DNA from: an uncultured Chromatiales bacterium | Lineage (GTDB): Bacteria; Pseudomonadota; Gammaproteobacteria; 21-64-14 | Assembly (NCBI GenBank): GCA_964487445.1 | Contig: CAZAQG010000004.1 | Coordinates: 1 to 46,020 of the forward strand | Length of the DNA: 46,020 nucleotides | Direction of reading: 5' to 3' | Shown: in pieces, positions 30,126 through 40,167 of the stretch | How positions within the stretch are numbered: position 1 is the stretch's first letter | How the letters are laid out: every line of letters begins with the position of its first letter | Made by a program: the position numbers and the translations under genes | Notes under the pieces: generated by a model | Told to the model about the DNA's origin: nothing | What the model saw: the letters and a program-made list of their open reading frames with translations, nothing else | The model's database searches: none

Positions 30126-32450
30126 TCAGTGGGCGGCGGCCTCGCCGCGCCGCGGTTCCTCCTCGTCCGCCTTGTCGTCGACGAAAGGCTCGGAAAACCC
30201 GCACTCCTTGCGTGGGCACACCTTTTCGGTGCCGCGCCGCTTGGTCGCCTTGACGGTGAGCATCTGCCAGCCGCAGCGCGGACAGGGCTCGTCCAGGGGT
30301 TCGTTCCAGACCGCGTAGTCGCAGGTCGGGTAGGTCGAGCAGGAATAGAAGATCTTCCCGTTGCGTGACTTGCGCTTGAGCATCGTGCCCTTGCCGCACT
30401 GCGGGCACGATACGCCGGTGTCCGAGGGCCTCTCCAGGGGCTCGATATGGCGGCACTTGGGGTAGGCGCTGCAGCCGATGAACTTCCCGTAGCGCCCGTG
30501 CCGGATCACCAGCGGCGATTCGCATTTCGGGCAGGAGCGCCCCTCGAGGGCCTCGTCACCGGATTCCTCGCGACCGGTGTCCACGTCGCGCGTGTAGTCG
30601 CAGTCCGGATAGCCGCTGCAGCCGATGAAGCGACCGCGGCGACCGAGCCGGATGGCGAGCGGCTTGCCGCATTTCGGGCAGTTCTCGTCGATCGCCTCGG
30701 TGGTGGCCTCCGCCCGCGAGACGCTTTCCTCCTTGTGCTCGAGCAGTTCCTTGAAGGGCCCCCAGAACTCGCGCATCAGCGGGATCCAGTTCTTCTCCCC
30801 TCGTGCCACCGCGTCGAGTTCGTCCTCCAATTGCGCCGTGAAGTCGTAGTCCACGTAGCGGGTGAAGTGCCGACTGAGGAAGCGCGCGACGATGCGGCCC
30901 ACGTCGGTGGGGTGGAAGCGACGTTTTTCCAGCCGCGCGTACTCGCGTTGCAGCAGGGTCGAGATGATCGAGGCGTAGGTCGACGGGCGCCCGATGCCGT
31001 ACTCCTCCAGGACCCGGACCAGGCTCGCCTCGCTATAGCGGGGCGGCGGCTCGGTGAAGTGCTGCTCGGTGCGGATGCGCTCCAGTGCGACCTCGTCACC
31101 GACCTCGAGCGGCGGCAGCAGCCGGTCGTCGCCGTCCGCCTTCGCGTCGTCCACGCCCTCCTGGTAGACCGCCATGAAACCGGGGTCGACGATCGTCGAG
31201 CCGGTCGCCCGGAAGAGGTTCCCTGCGCCGCAGGACAGATCCACGGCGACGGTGTCGATGGTCGCGTGGATCATCTGGCAGGCCACCGTGCGCTTCCACA
31301 CCAACTCGTAGAGCTTGAGCTGCTCGGCGGTGAGGTACGCGCGCAACGAGTCCGGCGTGCGCGCCGCGGCGGTCGGGCGAATCGCCTCGTGGGCCTCCTG
31401 CGCATTCTTGGCGCGCGTCTTGTAGGTATGCGGGCTCTTCGGCAGGTTGTGCCGGCCGTAACGCTCGGCGATCAACTCCCGGATCTCATCCAGGGCCTCC
31501 CGGGCCAGGTTGACCGAGTCGGTGCGCATGTAGGTGATCAGGCCGGCCGCGCTGCCCTCCACCTCGATGCCCTCGTAGAGCTGCTGGGCGACGCGCATGG
31601 TGCGCTGGGCCGAGAACCCGAGTTTGCGTGACGCCTCCTGCTGGAGGGTGGAGGTGATGAAAGGCGCCGCGGGGTTGCGCCGACGCTGCTTCTTCTCGAC
31701 CTTGGCGACGACCAGGCGACCGCCGCCGTGCGCGTGGAGTTCGGTCTCGATGCGGCGCGCCTTCTCCTCGTCGGTGATCGAGAACTGCGTGAGCTTGGTG
31801 TCGCCGAAATGGGTGAGTCGCGCGACGAACTTCTGGTCCTCCTTTGCGGTGTCCGCCTCGACGCTCCAGTACTCGCGCGGTTTGAACCGCTCGATCTCCT
31901 CCTCGCGCTCGGCGATCAGGCGCAACGCCGGGCTCTGGACACGCCCCGCGGACAGCCCGTGCCGTATCTTCTTCCAGAGCAGCGGCGAGAGGTTGAAGCC
32001 GACCAGATAGTCCAGCGCTCGCCGCGCCTGCTGGGCGTTGACGAGATCCATGGACAATTCCCGCGGGTGCGCCACCGCCTCGTTGATGGCCCGTTGGGTG
32101 ATCTCGTGGAACACCACCCGCTGCACCGGTTTGCCGTCCGTGACCTTGCGCGCCCGGAGCAGTTCGTAGAGGTGCCAGGAGATCGCCTCGCCTTCGCGGT
32201 CCGGGTCGGTGGCGAGGTAGAGCGCGTCGGCGCTGCGGGCCGCCTTGGCGATCGCCGCGACGTGGCGTTCGTTCCTCTCGATCATCTGGTATTTCATGGC
32301 GAAGTCATGGTCCGGGTCGACCGCGCCGCCCTTGGGCACCAGGTCGCGCACGTGGCCATAGGAGGCCAATACCTCGAAGCCCTTGCCGAGGTACTTCTTG
32401 ATAGTCTTGGCCTTGGCCGGCGACTCGACGATGACGAGATTCTTGCCCAT
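30126..32450 (-). CDS. topA: DNA topoisomerase I
   Basis: ATG at 32450 (MGKNLVIVESPAKAKTIKKYLG, Toprim domain). It has the type IA core (ITYMRTDS) and several C-terminal CxxC...CxxC zinc ribbons. The track ORF extends to 32519. Confidence 0.95.
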   Translation of the reverse strand: MGKNLVIVESPAKAKTIKKYLGKGFEVLASYGHVRDLVPKGGAVDPDHDFAMKYQMIERNERHVAAIAKAARSADALYLATDPDREGEAISWHLYELLRARKVTDGKPVQRVVFHEITQRAINEAVAHPRELSMDLVNAQQARRALDYLVGFNLSPLLWKKIRHGLSAGRVQSPALRLIAEREEEIERFKPREYWSVEADTAKEDQKFVARLTHFGDTKLTQFSITDEEKARRIETELHAHGGGRLVVAKVEKKQRRRNPAAPFITSTLQQEASRKLGFSAQRTMRVAQQLYEGIEVEGSAAGLITYMRTDSVNLAREALDEIRELIAERYGRHNLPKSPHTYKTRAKNAQEAHEAIRPTAAARTPDSLRAYLTAEQLKLYELVWKRTVACQMIHATIDTVAVDLSCGAGNLFRATGSTIVDPGFMAVYQEGVDDAKADGDDRLLPPLEVGDEVALERIRTEQHFTEPPPRYSEASLVRVLEEYGIGRPSTYASIISTLLQREYARLEKRRFHPTDVGRIVARFLSRHFTRYVDYDFTAQLEDELDAVARGEKNWIPLMREFWGPFKELLEHKEESVSRAEATTEAIDENCPKCGKPLAIRLGRRGRFIGCSGYPDCDYTRDVDTGREESGDEALEGRSCPKCESPLVIRHGRYGKFIGCSAYPKCRHIEPLERPSDTGVSCPQCGKGTMLKRKSRNGKIFYSCSTYPTCDYAVWNEPLDEPCPRCGWQMLTVKATKRRGTEKVCPRKECGFSEPFVDDKADEEEPRRGEAAAH

Positions 32451-32660
32451 AGATACGATCCGCTTACGGGTGGCGACGCGCCGGACTTTACCGGTCCCGG
32501 CGGCGCGGCGCCACCTCACCGGGCGCCGGAGGCCGTATCGGCCGGGCCGGGGCCGAATTGAGGCAGGATCCGGCGGGCGTCCGGCCTGGGTTGGGAGTGC
32601 GGGGAATTATTTCTATGGAAACAATGAGATGGCGGGCGGGCCCCAGGCGCCCCAGGGCGA

Positions 32661-33143
32661 TCAGTGGAGATAACCCCCGGCGTTGTCGAAGACCAGATCC
32701 TCCATCCATGCATAGGCCGCCTCCTGGCCGGGCTGGTTGAACAGGACCATGAGGATGACCCACTTCAACTGGTCGAGGTCGATTTCCTCCGTCTCCAGCG
32801 CCATCACCCGGTCGATCACCAACTCGCGGTTGGCCGGCGTCAGAATCCCCATCTGTTCGAGGAACAACAGGAACCCGCGCGCCTCCAGGTCGAGCTTGCG
32901 GATCTCGTGATCGTTGAACAACCGCAGCGAATCGGGGGTCTGGCTGCCCTCGTGCAGGTGCGTATCGCGTCGTGCGACGAGATCTTCCAGCCAGTCGAAG
33001 GCCTTCTCCACCTCCAAGGAGGGAAATCCGGCCTCCAGGAGCTTGCTCTGGAGGACCGAGCGCTCGGGCTGCCATTCCGTCTCGCTGTCGAGATAGTAGT
33101 TCTCGAACAGGTACATCAGCACGTCGAGCACGTTTTCTTTCAT
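32661..33143 (-). CDS. smg: Smg protein (DUF494)
   Basis: ATG at 33143, 160 aa, beginning MKENVLDVLMYLFENYYLDSE. It sits directly downstream of dprA as in E. coli. The track ORF 32661..34304 is an artefactual extension. Confidence 0.9.
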   Translation of the reverse strand: MKENVLDVLMYLFENYYLDSETEWQPERSVLQSKLLEAGFPSLEVEKAFDWLEDLVARRDTHLHEGSQTPDSLRLFNDHEIRKLDLEARGFLLFLEQMGILTPANRELVIDRVMALETEEIDLDQLKWVILMVLFNQPGQEAAYAWMEDLVFDNAGGYLH

Positions 33144-33148
33144 CTCTC

Positions 33149-34267
33149 TCAAGGTCCCGTCCCAATCCGTTCGTAGCACCCGCCCGGGGCGGACGCCACG
33201 AGGCCGCGCAACTCCAGGGTCAGGAGGATGGCCGAAACCGCATCCGCCGTCAATCCGGTGCGCTCGACCAGGTGGTCCACCGGCGCCGGGTCGTGGCCGA
33301 GCGCCTCCAGGACCCGCCGTTGCGTCGTGTCGGGATCCGGCACCGACGCGGCCTCTCCCGGGTCGGTTGCGGGGGCGCGCCGGAACCCGGGGTCCAGTTC
33401 CTCCAGGATATCCGCTACGGTCTCCACCAGTTTGGCGCCGTCGCGCAACAGCGCGTGGCAGCCGCGCGCGAGGGGGTTGCGGACCGAGCCGGGCACGGCG
33501 AACACCTCGCGGCCCTGGTCGGCGGCGTGGCGGGCGGTGATCCGCGATCCGGAGCGCAACGCCGCCTCCACCACCACGACCCCGAGACTCAGGCCGCTGA
33601 TGATCCGATTGCGGCGCGGAAAGTGCTCCGGTCGCGGCGGGGTGCCGGTCGGGAATTCCGTGACCACGGCGCCGCGTGCGACGATCTCGCGGGCCAGGGC
33701 GCGATGGTGTGCCGGGTAGATCCGATCGGGTCCCGTGCCGGCCACCGCCACGGTGTACCCGCCGCCCGCCAGGGCGCCGCGGTGGGCGGCGCCGTCGATG
33801 CCCAGTGCGAGCCCGCTGGTCACGGTCACCCCTGCCGCCGCCAGTCCGCGCGCGAGGGACTCCGCCTGCTCGCGCCCGCCGAGGCTCGGGTTGCGGCTGC
33901 CGATCACGGCCACCTGCGGTGTCGCGAGCAGTGCCGGATCGCCGGTGACGAACAGCAACGGCGGGGGGTCGGGGATCTCCCGGAGCCGGGCCGGATAGGC
34001 GGGATCGGCGAGTGCCAGCAGGTGGTGCCCGGGCAGCGCCAGCCAAGCCAGGTCGCGCTCCACGGCGCGCCGATCGGGAGCGGAGCGGGAATCGGATGCG
34101 AAGGCGGCCCGGTCGCGCGCGCCCCCCCGTCCCTGCTCCGCCAGCCAAGCCAGCGCGCCTCGCGCCGACCCGTAGCGCTCCATCAGCACGCGGTGCGCCA
34201 CCGGGCCGACGCCGGGCGTGCGCAGCAGGGTCAGGGCGTGGGCCGCTTTCGAATCGGGGTCTTCCAT
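33149..34267 (-). CDS. dprA: DNA-processing protein A (Smf)
   Basis: 372 aa with AVIGSRNPS, GLALGIDGAAHRGAL, PEHFPRRNRIISGLS and a C-terminal winged-helix region. Confidence 0.92.
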   Translation of the reverse strand: MEDPDSKAAHALTLLRTPGVGPVAHRVLMERYGSARGALAWLAEQGRGGARDRAAFASDSRSAPDRRAVERDLAWLALPGHHLLALADPAYPARLREIPDPPPLLFVTGDPALLATPQVAVIGSRNPSLGGREQAESLARGLAAAGVTVTSGLALGIDGAAHRGALAGGGYTVAVAGTGPDRIYPAHHRALAREIVARGAVVTEFPTGTPPRPEHFPRRNRIISGLSLGVVVVEAALRSGSRITARHAADQGREVFAVPGSVRNPLARGCHALLRDGAKLVETVADILEELDPGFRRAPATDPGEAASVPDPDTTQRRVLEALGHDPAPVDHLVERTGLTADAVSAILLTLELRGLVASAPGGCYERIGTGP

Positions 34268-34342
34268 GACCGCCTCCGGGCGTGCCGGCTTTCGTGCCGG
34301 GCACCCATCGCCGCCGCGCCCCGGGGCGCGGCCGGCACGGGA

Positions 34343-35392
34343 CTACGGATTCCGGACGGCGTCCTCCAGATGAATGGCGCGCGTGGCGCTCATCACCAAA
34401 GCATAGCTCACCCGCCGGAACGGCCGGAATACCATCAGAATGCCGGCCCGCTCGTCGGGGAGGCTCACGGTCCGCCCGATGCCTCCCTCCACCGTGTCGC
34501 GGATCCGCCTGCCGGCTTGGTAGATCGCGAGCACGTCACCGGCGCGGATCCCCTGCTCCTTGCCCACATCCAGCACCACGACCTGATCCTGGCCGATCTG
34601 CGAGACGCCGTGGAACACCGAGATGATCTGCCCGTCCACCGGCCGCTTCGGTGCCTGCGGGACGAAATCGTCGGGCAGGCGTTGCGCGGGCAGGGGGATG
34701 AGGCGGTCGCCGATCCGCACCTCCTGGTCGGCGTGCGAAAGACGCAGGGTCGCCGGATGCCCCGCCCGCACCAACTCGGCGTCGGCGAGGTGGATCGCCT
34801 CGTAGCCGAGGACCTTGCCGGTACGGGGGTTGCGGTAGGTGTCGCCCTGACGGACTACGGCGAAGCGCCGGTGGGTGGTGTCGCCGAGCCGCCGCACGTA
34901 GATCCGATTGCCGTCGGCGCCCAACAGGTGCTCGCCGGCGATGTCCACCACGTAGGGTGCATCGGCCAGTTCCCCCTTGGAAACCACGGCCGTACGGGTC
35001 AGGAACGGGCGAATCGCGTCCAGGGGAATGGTCGGGATCGCCTTGGGCAGCGGTTCGCGTCGCACCTCCGGGACCAGGCGCACGGTCCGCATCCCGTGGG
35101 GCGCCGACGCACCCCGTTGCAGGCGCAACCGCGGCTTGCCGTTGACATAGGCCAGCGTGATCGCGTCGCCCGGATAGATCAGGTGCGGATTGCGAATCTG
35201 GGGGTTGACCGACCACACCTCCGGCCAGAGCCAGGGATCGCGCAGGAAGCGCGCCGAGATCCCCCATAGCGTATCGCCTTTCACGACCACGTAGCGGGTC
35301 GGGTGATCCGGTCGCAACGTGACGGATCCGGCGAGTGCGACGCCGGACAGCAGAAACGCCAATCCCATGGCAAGCCATCGTGCTGTAGCCAT
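34343..35392 (-). CDS. tsaP: LysM-domain periplasmic protein, TsaP-like (type IV pilus secretin-associated)
   Basis: Signal peptide MATARWLAMGLAFLLSGVALAGS and a LysM domain (YVVVKGDTLWGISARFL). It lies between dprA and def, as PA0020 does in P. aeruginosa. Confidence 0.72.
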   Translation of the reverse strand: MATARWLAMGLAFLLSGVALAGSVTLRPDHPTRYVVVKGDTLWGISARFLRDPWLWPEVWSVNPQIRNPHLIYPGDAITLAYVNGKPRLRLQRGASAPHGMRTVRLVPEVRREPLPKAIPTIPLDAIRPFLTRTAVVSKGELADAPYVVDIAGEHLLGADGNRIYVRRLGDTTHRRFAVVRQGDTYRNPRTGKVLGYEAIHLADAELVRAGHPATLRLSHADQEVRIGDRLIPLPAQRLPDDFVPQAPKRPVDGQIISVFHGVSQIGQDQVVVLDVGKEQGIRAGDVLAIYQAGRRIRDTVEGGIGRTVSLPDERAGILMVFRPFRRVSYALVMSATRAIHLEDAVRNP

Positions 35393-35458
35393 ATCTTCGC
35401 AACCCCTTGCCCGGCGGATCGCCGGAGTTTAGCCCAAAAACCCCACCTCATAGAAGTG

Positions 35459-35487
35459 TGGTCAATGCCTTGTGGAATTCGTATCAT
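35459..35487 (+). promoter_or_regulatory. Candidate sigma-70 promoter for def-fmt-rsmB
   Basis: TGGTCA (35459-64), a 17-nt spacer, then TATCAT (35482-87), about 65 nt upstream of the def ATG. Confidence 0.35.
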
Positions 35488-35552
35488 GGTTAGCGTCCGT
35501 CCTCGTCGATTATTAACGGGGGCGGTCTGACGACTTCGTGACGGGCTTCACA

Positions 35553-36095
35553 ATGGCGCTGCTCCAGGTTCTTCACTACCCCGATCCGAGGCTGCGCCAC
35601 CGCGCCCGGCCCGTAGAGCGCGTGGATGACGACGCCCGTCGTCTGATCGACGACCTGTTCGAGACCATGTATGCCGCCCCGGGGGTCGGTTTGGCGGCCG
35701 TCCAGGTCGGCGTGGACCGGCGCGTGGTGGTCGTGGACGTCTCCGAGGACAAGAGTGCGCCGCTCGCGCTGGTGAACCCGGAGATCCTCGGGCGCGAGGG
35801 GGAGGAGGAATCGCAGGAAGGGTGCCTGTCGGTGCCCGGCGTCTACGAAATGGTGCGCCGTGCCGAACGTATCCGCTTCCGCGCCCTCGACCGGGACGGG
35901 GTGCCGTTCGAGGCGGACGCCGAGGGGCTGCTGGCGGTATGCGTCCAGCACGAATGCGACCACCTGGAAGGGCGCCTGTTCGTGGATTACCTCTCGGAAC
36001 TCAAGCGCCGGCGAATCCGCAAGCGCCTGGAGAAGCAACGTCGCCAGGGCATCGAGGCGCCTGCGCCGAGGCGTCGCGAGGGGACCGTGATCTAG
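35553..36095 (+). CDS. def: Peptide deformylase
   Basis: ATG at 35553 ([14 protein letters not shown]). It has the [18 protein letters not shown] and QHECDHLEG motifs. Confidence 0.95.
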   Translation: MALLQVLHYPDPRLRHRARPVERVDDDARRLIDDLFETMYAAPGVGLAAVQVGVDRRVVVVDVSEDKSAPLALVNPEILGREGEEESQEGCLSVPGVYEMVRRAERIRFRALDRDGVPFEADAEGLLAVCVQHECDHLEGRLFVDYLSELKRRRIRKRLEKQRRQGIEAPAPRRREGTVI

Positions 36096-36309
36096 CCGCC
36101 GTCGGCGGGCCAAGGCCCGCCCTACCGGATATCCGCCGCCCCGGCGTGAAGGACCCTTGGCGGCACCGCCCTGGTAGGGCCGGGCTTGCCCGGCCGGCGA
36201 TATTTCGCGTCCACACCGGTCGTTGAGGGATGATTCGCCGCCGTCGGCGGGCCAAGGCCCACCCTACGGGATATTCACCGCCCCGGTGGGGCCGGGCTCG
36301 CCCGGCCGA
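36095..36309. repeat. Two copies of a composite REP/BIME-like element (four palindromic units) between def and fmt
   Basis: gccgccgtcggcgggccaaggccc[g/a]ccctac[c/g]ggatat... occurs at 36095 and again at 36237. The units are 36104-36126 (ggcgggcc-aa-ggcccgcc-ctacc), 36173-36195 (ggtag-ggccgggc-tt-gcccggcc, inverted), 36246-36268 and 36285-36307. Confidence 0.75.
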
Positions 36310-36344
36310 CACTGCCGGAAATGGATCGATTGCTCACCGCCGCA

Positions 36345-37295
36345 ATGACCGAACGGCTCGACCTCGTGTTCGCCGGGACCCCGCAGTTCGCGGTGCCGAC
36401 GCTGCGCGCCTTGTGCGCCTCCGGCCATCGGGTGCGCGCCGTCTACACCCAGCCCGATCGCTGCGCCGGCCGCGGGCGTCGGCCCCGGCCGAGCCCCGTG
36501 AAGACTCTCGCGCTCGAGTGCGGATTGAGCGTGGAGCAGCCGTCGAGCCTGCGCGAGGAGGCGGTCCAGGCCGATCTGCGCGCGCTCGGCGCCGATGCCT
36601 TGATCGTGGTGGCCTACGGCCTGTTGCTGCCGCCCGCGGTACTGGCGATTCCGCGCCTCGGCTGCCTGAACGTCCATGCCTCGCTGCTGCCGCGCTGGCG
36701 CGGCGCGGCCCCGATCCAGCGCGCGTTGCTGGCCGGCGACACCGAGACGGGGATCAGCATCATGCAGATGGACAAAGGCCTCGATACCGGCCCCATCCTG
36801 GCACGCTCGTCCTGTTCGATCGGTCCCGACGACACCGCCGCGCGGCTCGCCGGGCGCCTCGCCGCGCAGGGGGCCGATCTGCTGCTGGAGACCCTGGACC
36901 GGCTCGCGCAAGGCGGGGTGCAACCCCTCGCCCAGGATCCGGCGCGGGCGTGCTATGCGCCCAAGCTGTCCAAGGCGGAGGCGGTGCTCGACTGGCGGCG
37001 CCCGGCGCCGGAACTGGAGCGGCGGGTGCGTGCCTTCGATCCCTGGCCGGTCGCCCAGACCCGCCTCGAGAGCGGGGCGGTGCTGCGGATCTGGCGCGCG
37101 CGCGCGTTGCCGCTCGCGCCCGGCGGCCCTCCGGGCTCGGTGCTCGATGCGGACGCGACCGGGATCGACGTCGCCGCCGGCGAGGGGGTGTTGCGCCTGT
37201 TGGAGGTGCAATTGCCCGGCGGACGCCGCCTGGACGCCGGTGCATTCCTCGCCGGGCATGCCATTGCGGGTACACGGCTGGGTGTCGCCGGGTAG
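36345..37295 (+). CDS. fmt: Methionyl-tRNA formyltransferase
   Basis: [23 protein letters not shown] aligns with the E. coli Fmt N-terminus. It has the [15 protein letters not shown] motif. An upstream in-frame ATG at 36321 is the alternative start. Confidence 0.92.
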   Translation: MTERLDLVFAGTPQFAVPTLRALCASGHRVRAVYTQPDRCAGRGRRPRPSPVKTLALECGLSVEQPSSLREEAVQADLRALGADALIVVAYGLLLPPAVLAIPRLGCLNVHASLLPRWRGAAPIQRALLAGDTETGISIMQMDKGLDTGPILARSSCSIGPDDTAARLAGRLAAQGADLLLETLDRLAQGGVQPLAQDPARACYAPKLSKAEAVLDWRRPAPELERRVRAFDPWPVAQTRLESGAVLRIWRARALPLAPGGPPGSVLDADATGIDVAAGEGVLRLLEVQLPGGRRLDAGAFLAGHAIAGTRLGVAG

Positions 37296-37324
37296 TGGCG
37301 CGGGAAGGCGCCCGGTCCCGGGCC

Positions 37325-38629
37325 ATGGCTCGTGCCACACCCGTCGATTCCCGCGCGGAGGCGTCCCGCGTGGTGAGTCTGGTGGCGCGGCGCGGGCGCT
37401 CGCTGTCCCAGGTGCTTCCCGAGGCGCTCGCGCGGATCGCGGACCCGCGCGAGCGCGCCCTCGTCCAGGAGCTTTGCTTCGGCACGTTACGCTGGTACTG
37501 GCGGCTCGCGGCCCTGGCCGATCGGGCGCTGCGCCGCCCGTTGCGCGCGCGGGACGCCGACGTCTACTCGCTGCTGCTGGTCGGGCTGTATCAACTCACC
37601 GAACTGGACATCCCGGGCCACGCGGCGGTGGACGCCACCGTACGGGCCGCGCGCGCCCTCGGCAAGGAGTGGGCGGCGGGGCTGATCAACGCGGTGCTGC
37701 GCGCCCGGCTGCGCGAGGGCCCCGCCCCGCCCGACGAGGGCGACGCCCGCCTCGCGCACCCGGCCTGGCTGCTCGAGTCCTTGCGCCGCGACTGGCCGGA
37801 CGACTGGGATGCATTGGCGCGGGCGGCCAATGCGCGCCCGCCGCTGCACCTGCGCGTCAACCGCACGCGCATCGCACGTACCGCCTACCTCGAGCGGTTG
37901 GCGCGGGCCGGTCTCGCCGCACGGGCGCTGTCCCACACCGCCTCGGGGGTGGCGGTGGAACCCCCGGTTCCGGTGGCGCGGTTGCCGGGCTTCGACGCCG
38001 GCCTGGTCAGCGTGCAGGACGCCGCCGCGCAGCTTGCCGCACCGTTGTTGCGTCCCGCCCCCGGACAGCGGGTGCTGGACGCGTGCGCGGCACCGGGCGG
38101 CAAGACCACGCATATCGCCGAACTCGAGCCGCGGCTCGGGTATCTGCTGGCGCTGGATCGTGATGCCGCGCGTCTGGCGCGGTTGCGCGCGAACCTGCGG
38201 CGCCTGGGCGTGCGGGCCGAGGCGCGGGCGGCGGATGCCGCCCGTCCCGGCGACTGGTGGGACGGGCGGGCGTTCGACCGCATCCTGCTCGACGCGCCGT
38301 GCTCGGGTACGGGGGTGATGCGTCGCCATCCGGATATCAAGGTGCTGCGCCGCCCTTCCGACATCGATGCGTTCGCGCATGCGCAAGACGAACTGCTCGA
38401 GGCGTTGTGGCCCTTGCTGGCATCGGGCGGTATGCTGCTGTACGCGACCTGTTCGCTCCTCGCGCAGGAAAACGACCGGCGGATAGAGGCGTTCCTGGAT
38501 CGGCATCCGCAGGCACGGGTCCGCGAAATCCGCGCCGAGTGGGGACGGGCCTGCGCGTTCGGGCGCCGGATCCTCACGGGCGCGGACGGCATGGACGGGT
38601 TCTACTACGCCTGCGTGGAGAAGTGCTGA
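37325..38629 (+). CDS. rsmB: 16S rRNA (cytosine967-C5)-methyltransferase
   Basis: ATG at 37325 within track ORF 36230..38629. It has a NusB-like N-terminal domain, the SAM-binding motif DACAAPGGKT, plus DAPCSGTGVMRRHPDIK and YATCS. Confidence 0.92.
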   Translation: MARATPVDSRAEASRVVSLVARRGRSLSQVLPEALARIADPRERALVQELCFGTLRWYWRLAALADRALRRPLRARDADVYSLLLVGLYQLTELDIPGHAAVDATVRAARALGKEWAAGLINAVLRARLREGPAPPDEGDARLAHPAWLLESLRRDWPDDWDALARAANARPPLHLRVNRTRIARTAYLERLARAGLAARALSHTASGVAVEPPVPVARLPGFDAGLVSVQDAAAQLAAPLLRPAPGQRVLDACAAPGGKTTHIAELEPRLGYLLALDRDAARLARLRANLRRLGVRAEARAADAARPGDWWDGRAFDRILLDAPCSGTGVMRRHPDIKVLRRPSDIDAFAHAQDELLEALWPLLASGGMLLYATCSLLAQENDRRIEAFLDRHPQARVREIRAEWGRACAFGRRILTGADGMDGFYYACVEKC

Positions 38630-38751
38630 TGGGTTGCGAAGCAATCGCTGCGCGCATCGGAGGGGGTCGCGCCCGTCTCCGCGGGAGAGCGCGGGCCTTG
38701 GGCATCGATCCGGAGAAGGGCGCCGGCGGCTGAACGCCGCGCCCGCCGCGC

Positions 38752-40125
38752 ATGAAGATCATCATCCTGGGCGCCGGCCAAGTCGGGACCTCGGTCGCGC
38801 AGAACCTGGCCGGCGAGGCCAACGACATCACCGTGATCGACACCCAATCCAGGCTCCTGGCCGATCTCCAGGATCGCCTGGACCTGAGGACCGTGACCGG
38901 GAACGCCTCGCACCCGGACGTGCTCAAGCGCGCCGGGGCCGAAGAGGCGGACATGATCATCGCCGTCACCAACAGCGATGAGACGAACATGGTGGCCTGT
39001 CAGATCGCCTATACCCTGTTCCACACGCCCACCAAGATCGCGCGGGTGCGCTCCGGGGAATATCTGGCCTATCCCCGGATCTTCGCGCAGGAGGCGCTGC
39101 CGATCGACGTGCTGATCAGCCCCGAGCAGATCGTCACCGACTACATCCTGCGTCTGATCGAACACCCCGGCGCCCTGCAGGTCCTGGATTTCGCGGGCGG
39201 CAAGGTCCAACTGGTCGCGGTGCGCGCCTACTACGGCGGGCCGTTGGTCGGCCAGGAACTGCGCACCCTGGGGCGGCACGTCCCGGGAATCGACGCGCGG
39301 GTCGCGGCGATCTACCGGCACGGGACCGCGATCGCCTCCGAGGGCGACACGGTGATCGAGGCCGACGACGAGGTGTTCTTCATCGCGCCGCGCAAGGATA
39401 TCCGTGCGGTGATGAGCGAACTTCGTCGCATGGACAAGCCGACCAAGCGAGTCATGTTGGCCGGCGGCGGCAATATCGGCCTGCGGCTGGCCAAGGCGCT
39501 GGAGTCGCGTTATCAGGTCAAGATCATCGAGCACGACGTCGAGCGCACCCGCGCGCTCTGCGAGGAACTCAACCGCACCATCGTGCTGCTGGGCGATGCG
39601 TCCGACGAGGAACTGCTGGCGGAGGAGAATATCGAGAACACGGACGTGTTCTGCGCACTGACCAACGACGACGAGGCCAATATCCTCTCGGCGATGCTGG
39701 CGCGCCGGCTCGGTGCCGGCAAGGTGATGTCGCTCATCAACCGGCCGGCCTATGTCGATCTGGTCCAGGACGGGTTGATCGATGTGGCGATCTCTCCGCA
39801 GCAGGTCACCATCGGGATCCTGCTCGCCCACGTGCGCCGCGGCGACGTCGTCGTGGTGCATTCGCTGCGTCGCGGCGCCGCGGAGGCGATCGAGGCCGTC
39901 GCCCACGGCGATGATCGCACCTCCAAGGTCGTCGGCCGGGCGATCGAGGAGATCAAACTGCCGCCGGGTACGACCATCGGCGGTATCGTGCGCGGCGAAG
40001 AAGTGATCATGTGCCATCACGACACGGTGATCGAGTCCGAGGACCACGTCATCCTGTTCCTGGCCGACAAGAAATACATTCCGGACGTCGAGCGACTGTT
40101 CCAGGTCGGCGTGACCTTCCTGTAG
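38752..40125 (+). CDS. trkA: Trk potassium uptake system NAD-binding protein
   Basis: 457 aa with two RCK/Rossmann halves ([12 protein letters not shown] and LAGGGNIG). Confidence 0.95.
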   Translation: MKIIILGAGQVGTSVAQNLAGEANDITVIDTQSRLLADLQDRLDLRTVTGNASHPDVLKRAGAEEADMIIAVTNSDETNMVACQIAYTLFHTPTKIARVRSGEYLAYPRIFAQEALPIDVLISPEQIVTDYILRLIEHPGALQVLDFAGGKVQLVAVRAYYGGPLVGQELRTLGRHVPGIDARVAAIYRHGTAIASEGDTVIEADDEVFFIAPRKDIRAVMSELRRMDKPTKRVMLAGGGNIGLRLAKALESRYQVKIIEHDVERTRALCEELNRTIVLLGDASDEELLAEENIENTDVFCALTNDDEANILSAMLARRLGAGKVMSLINRPAYVDLVQDGLIDVAISPQQVTIGILLAHVRRGDVVVVHSLRRGAAEAIEAVAHGDDRTSKVVGRAIEEIKLPPGTTIGGIVRGEEVIMCHHDTVIESEDHVILFLADKKYIPDVERLFQVGVTFL

Positions 40126-40167
40126 CCCGCACCGGCATCCGCGGGCCCAACCAGGATCACCGGCGGT

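Noticed and set aside
38629-38733. A 34-codon ORF (MGCEAIAARIGGGRARLRGRARALGIDPEKGAGG) whose ATG overlaps the rsmB stop (TGATG), suggesting translational coupling.
   Set aside because: Its Gly/Arg/Ala-rich composition is what random GC-rich sequence gives. I recognise no motif, and this gap holds no gene in E. coli. It would need Ribo-seq support.
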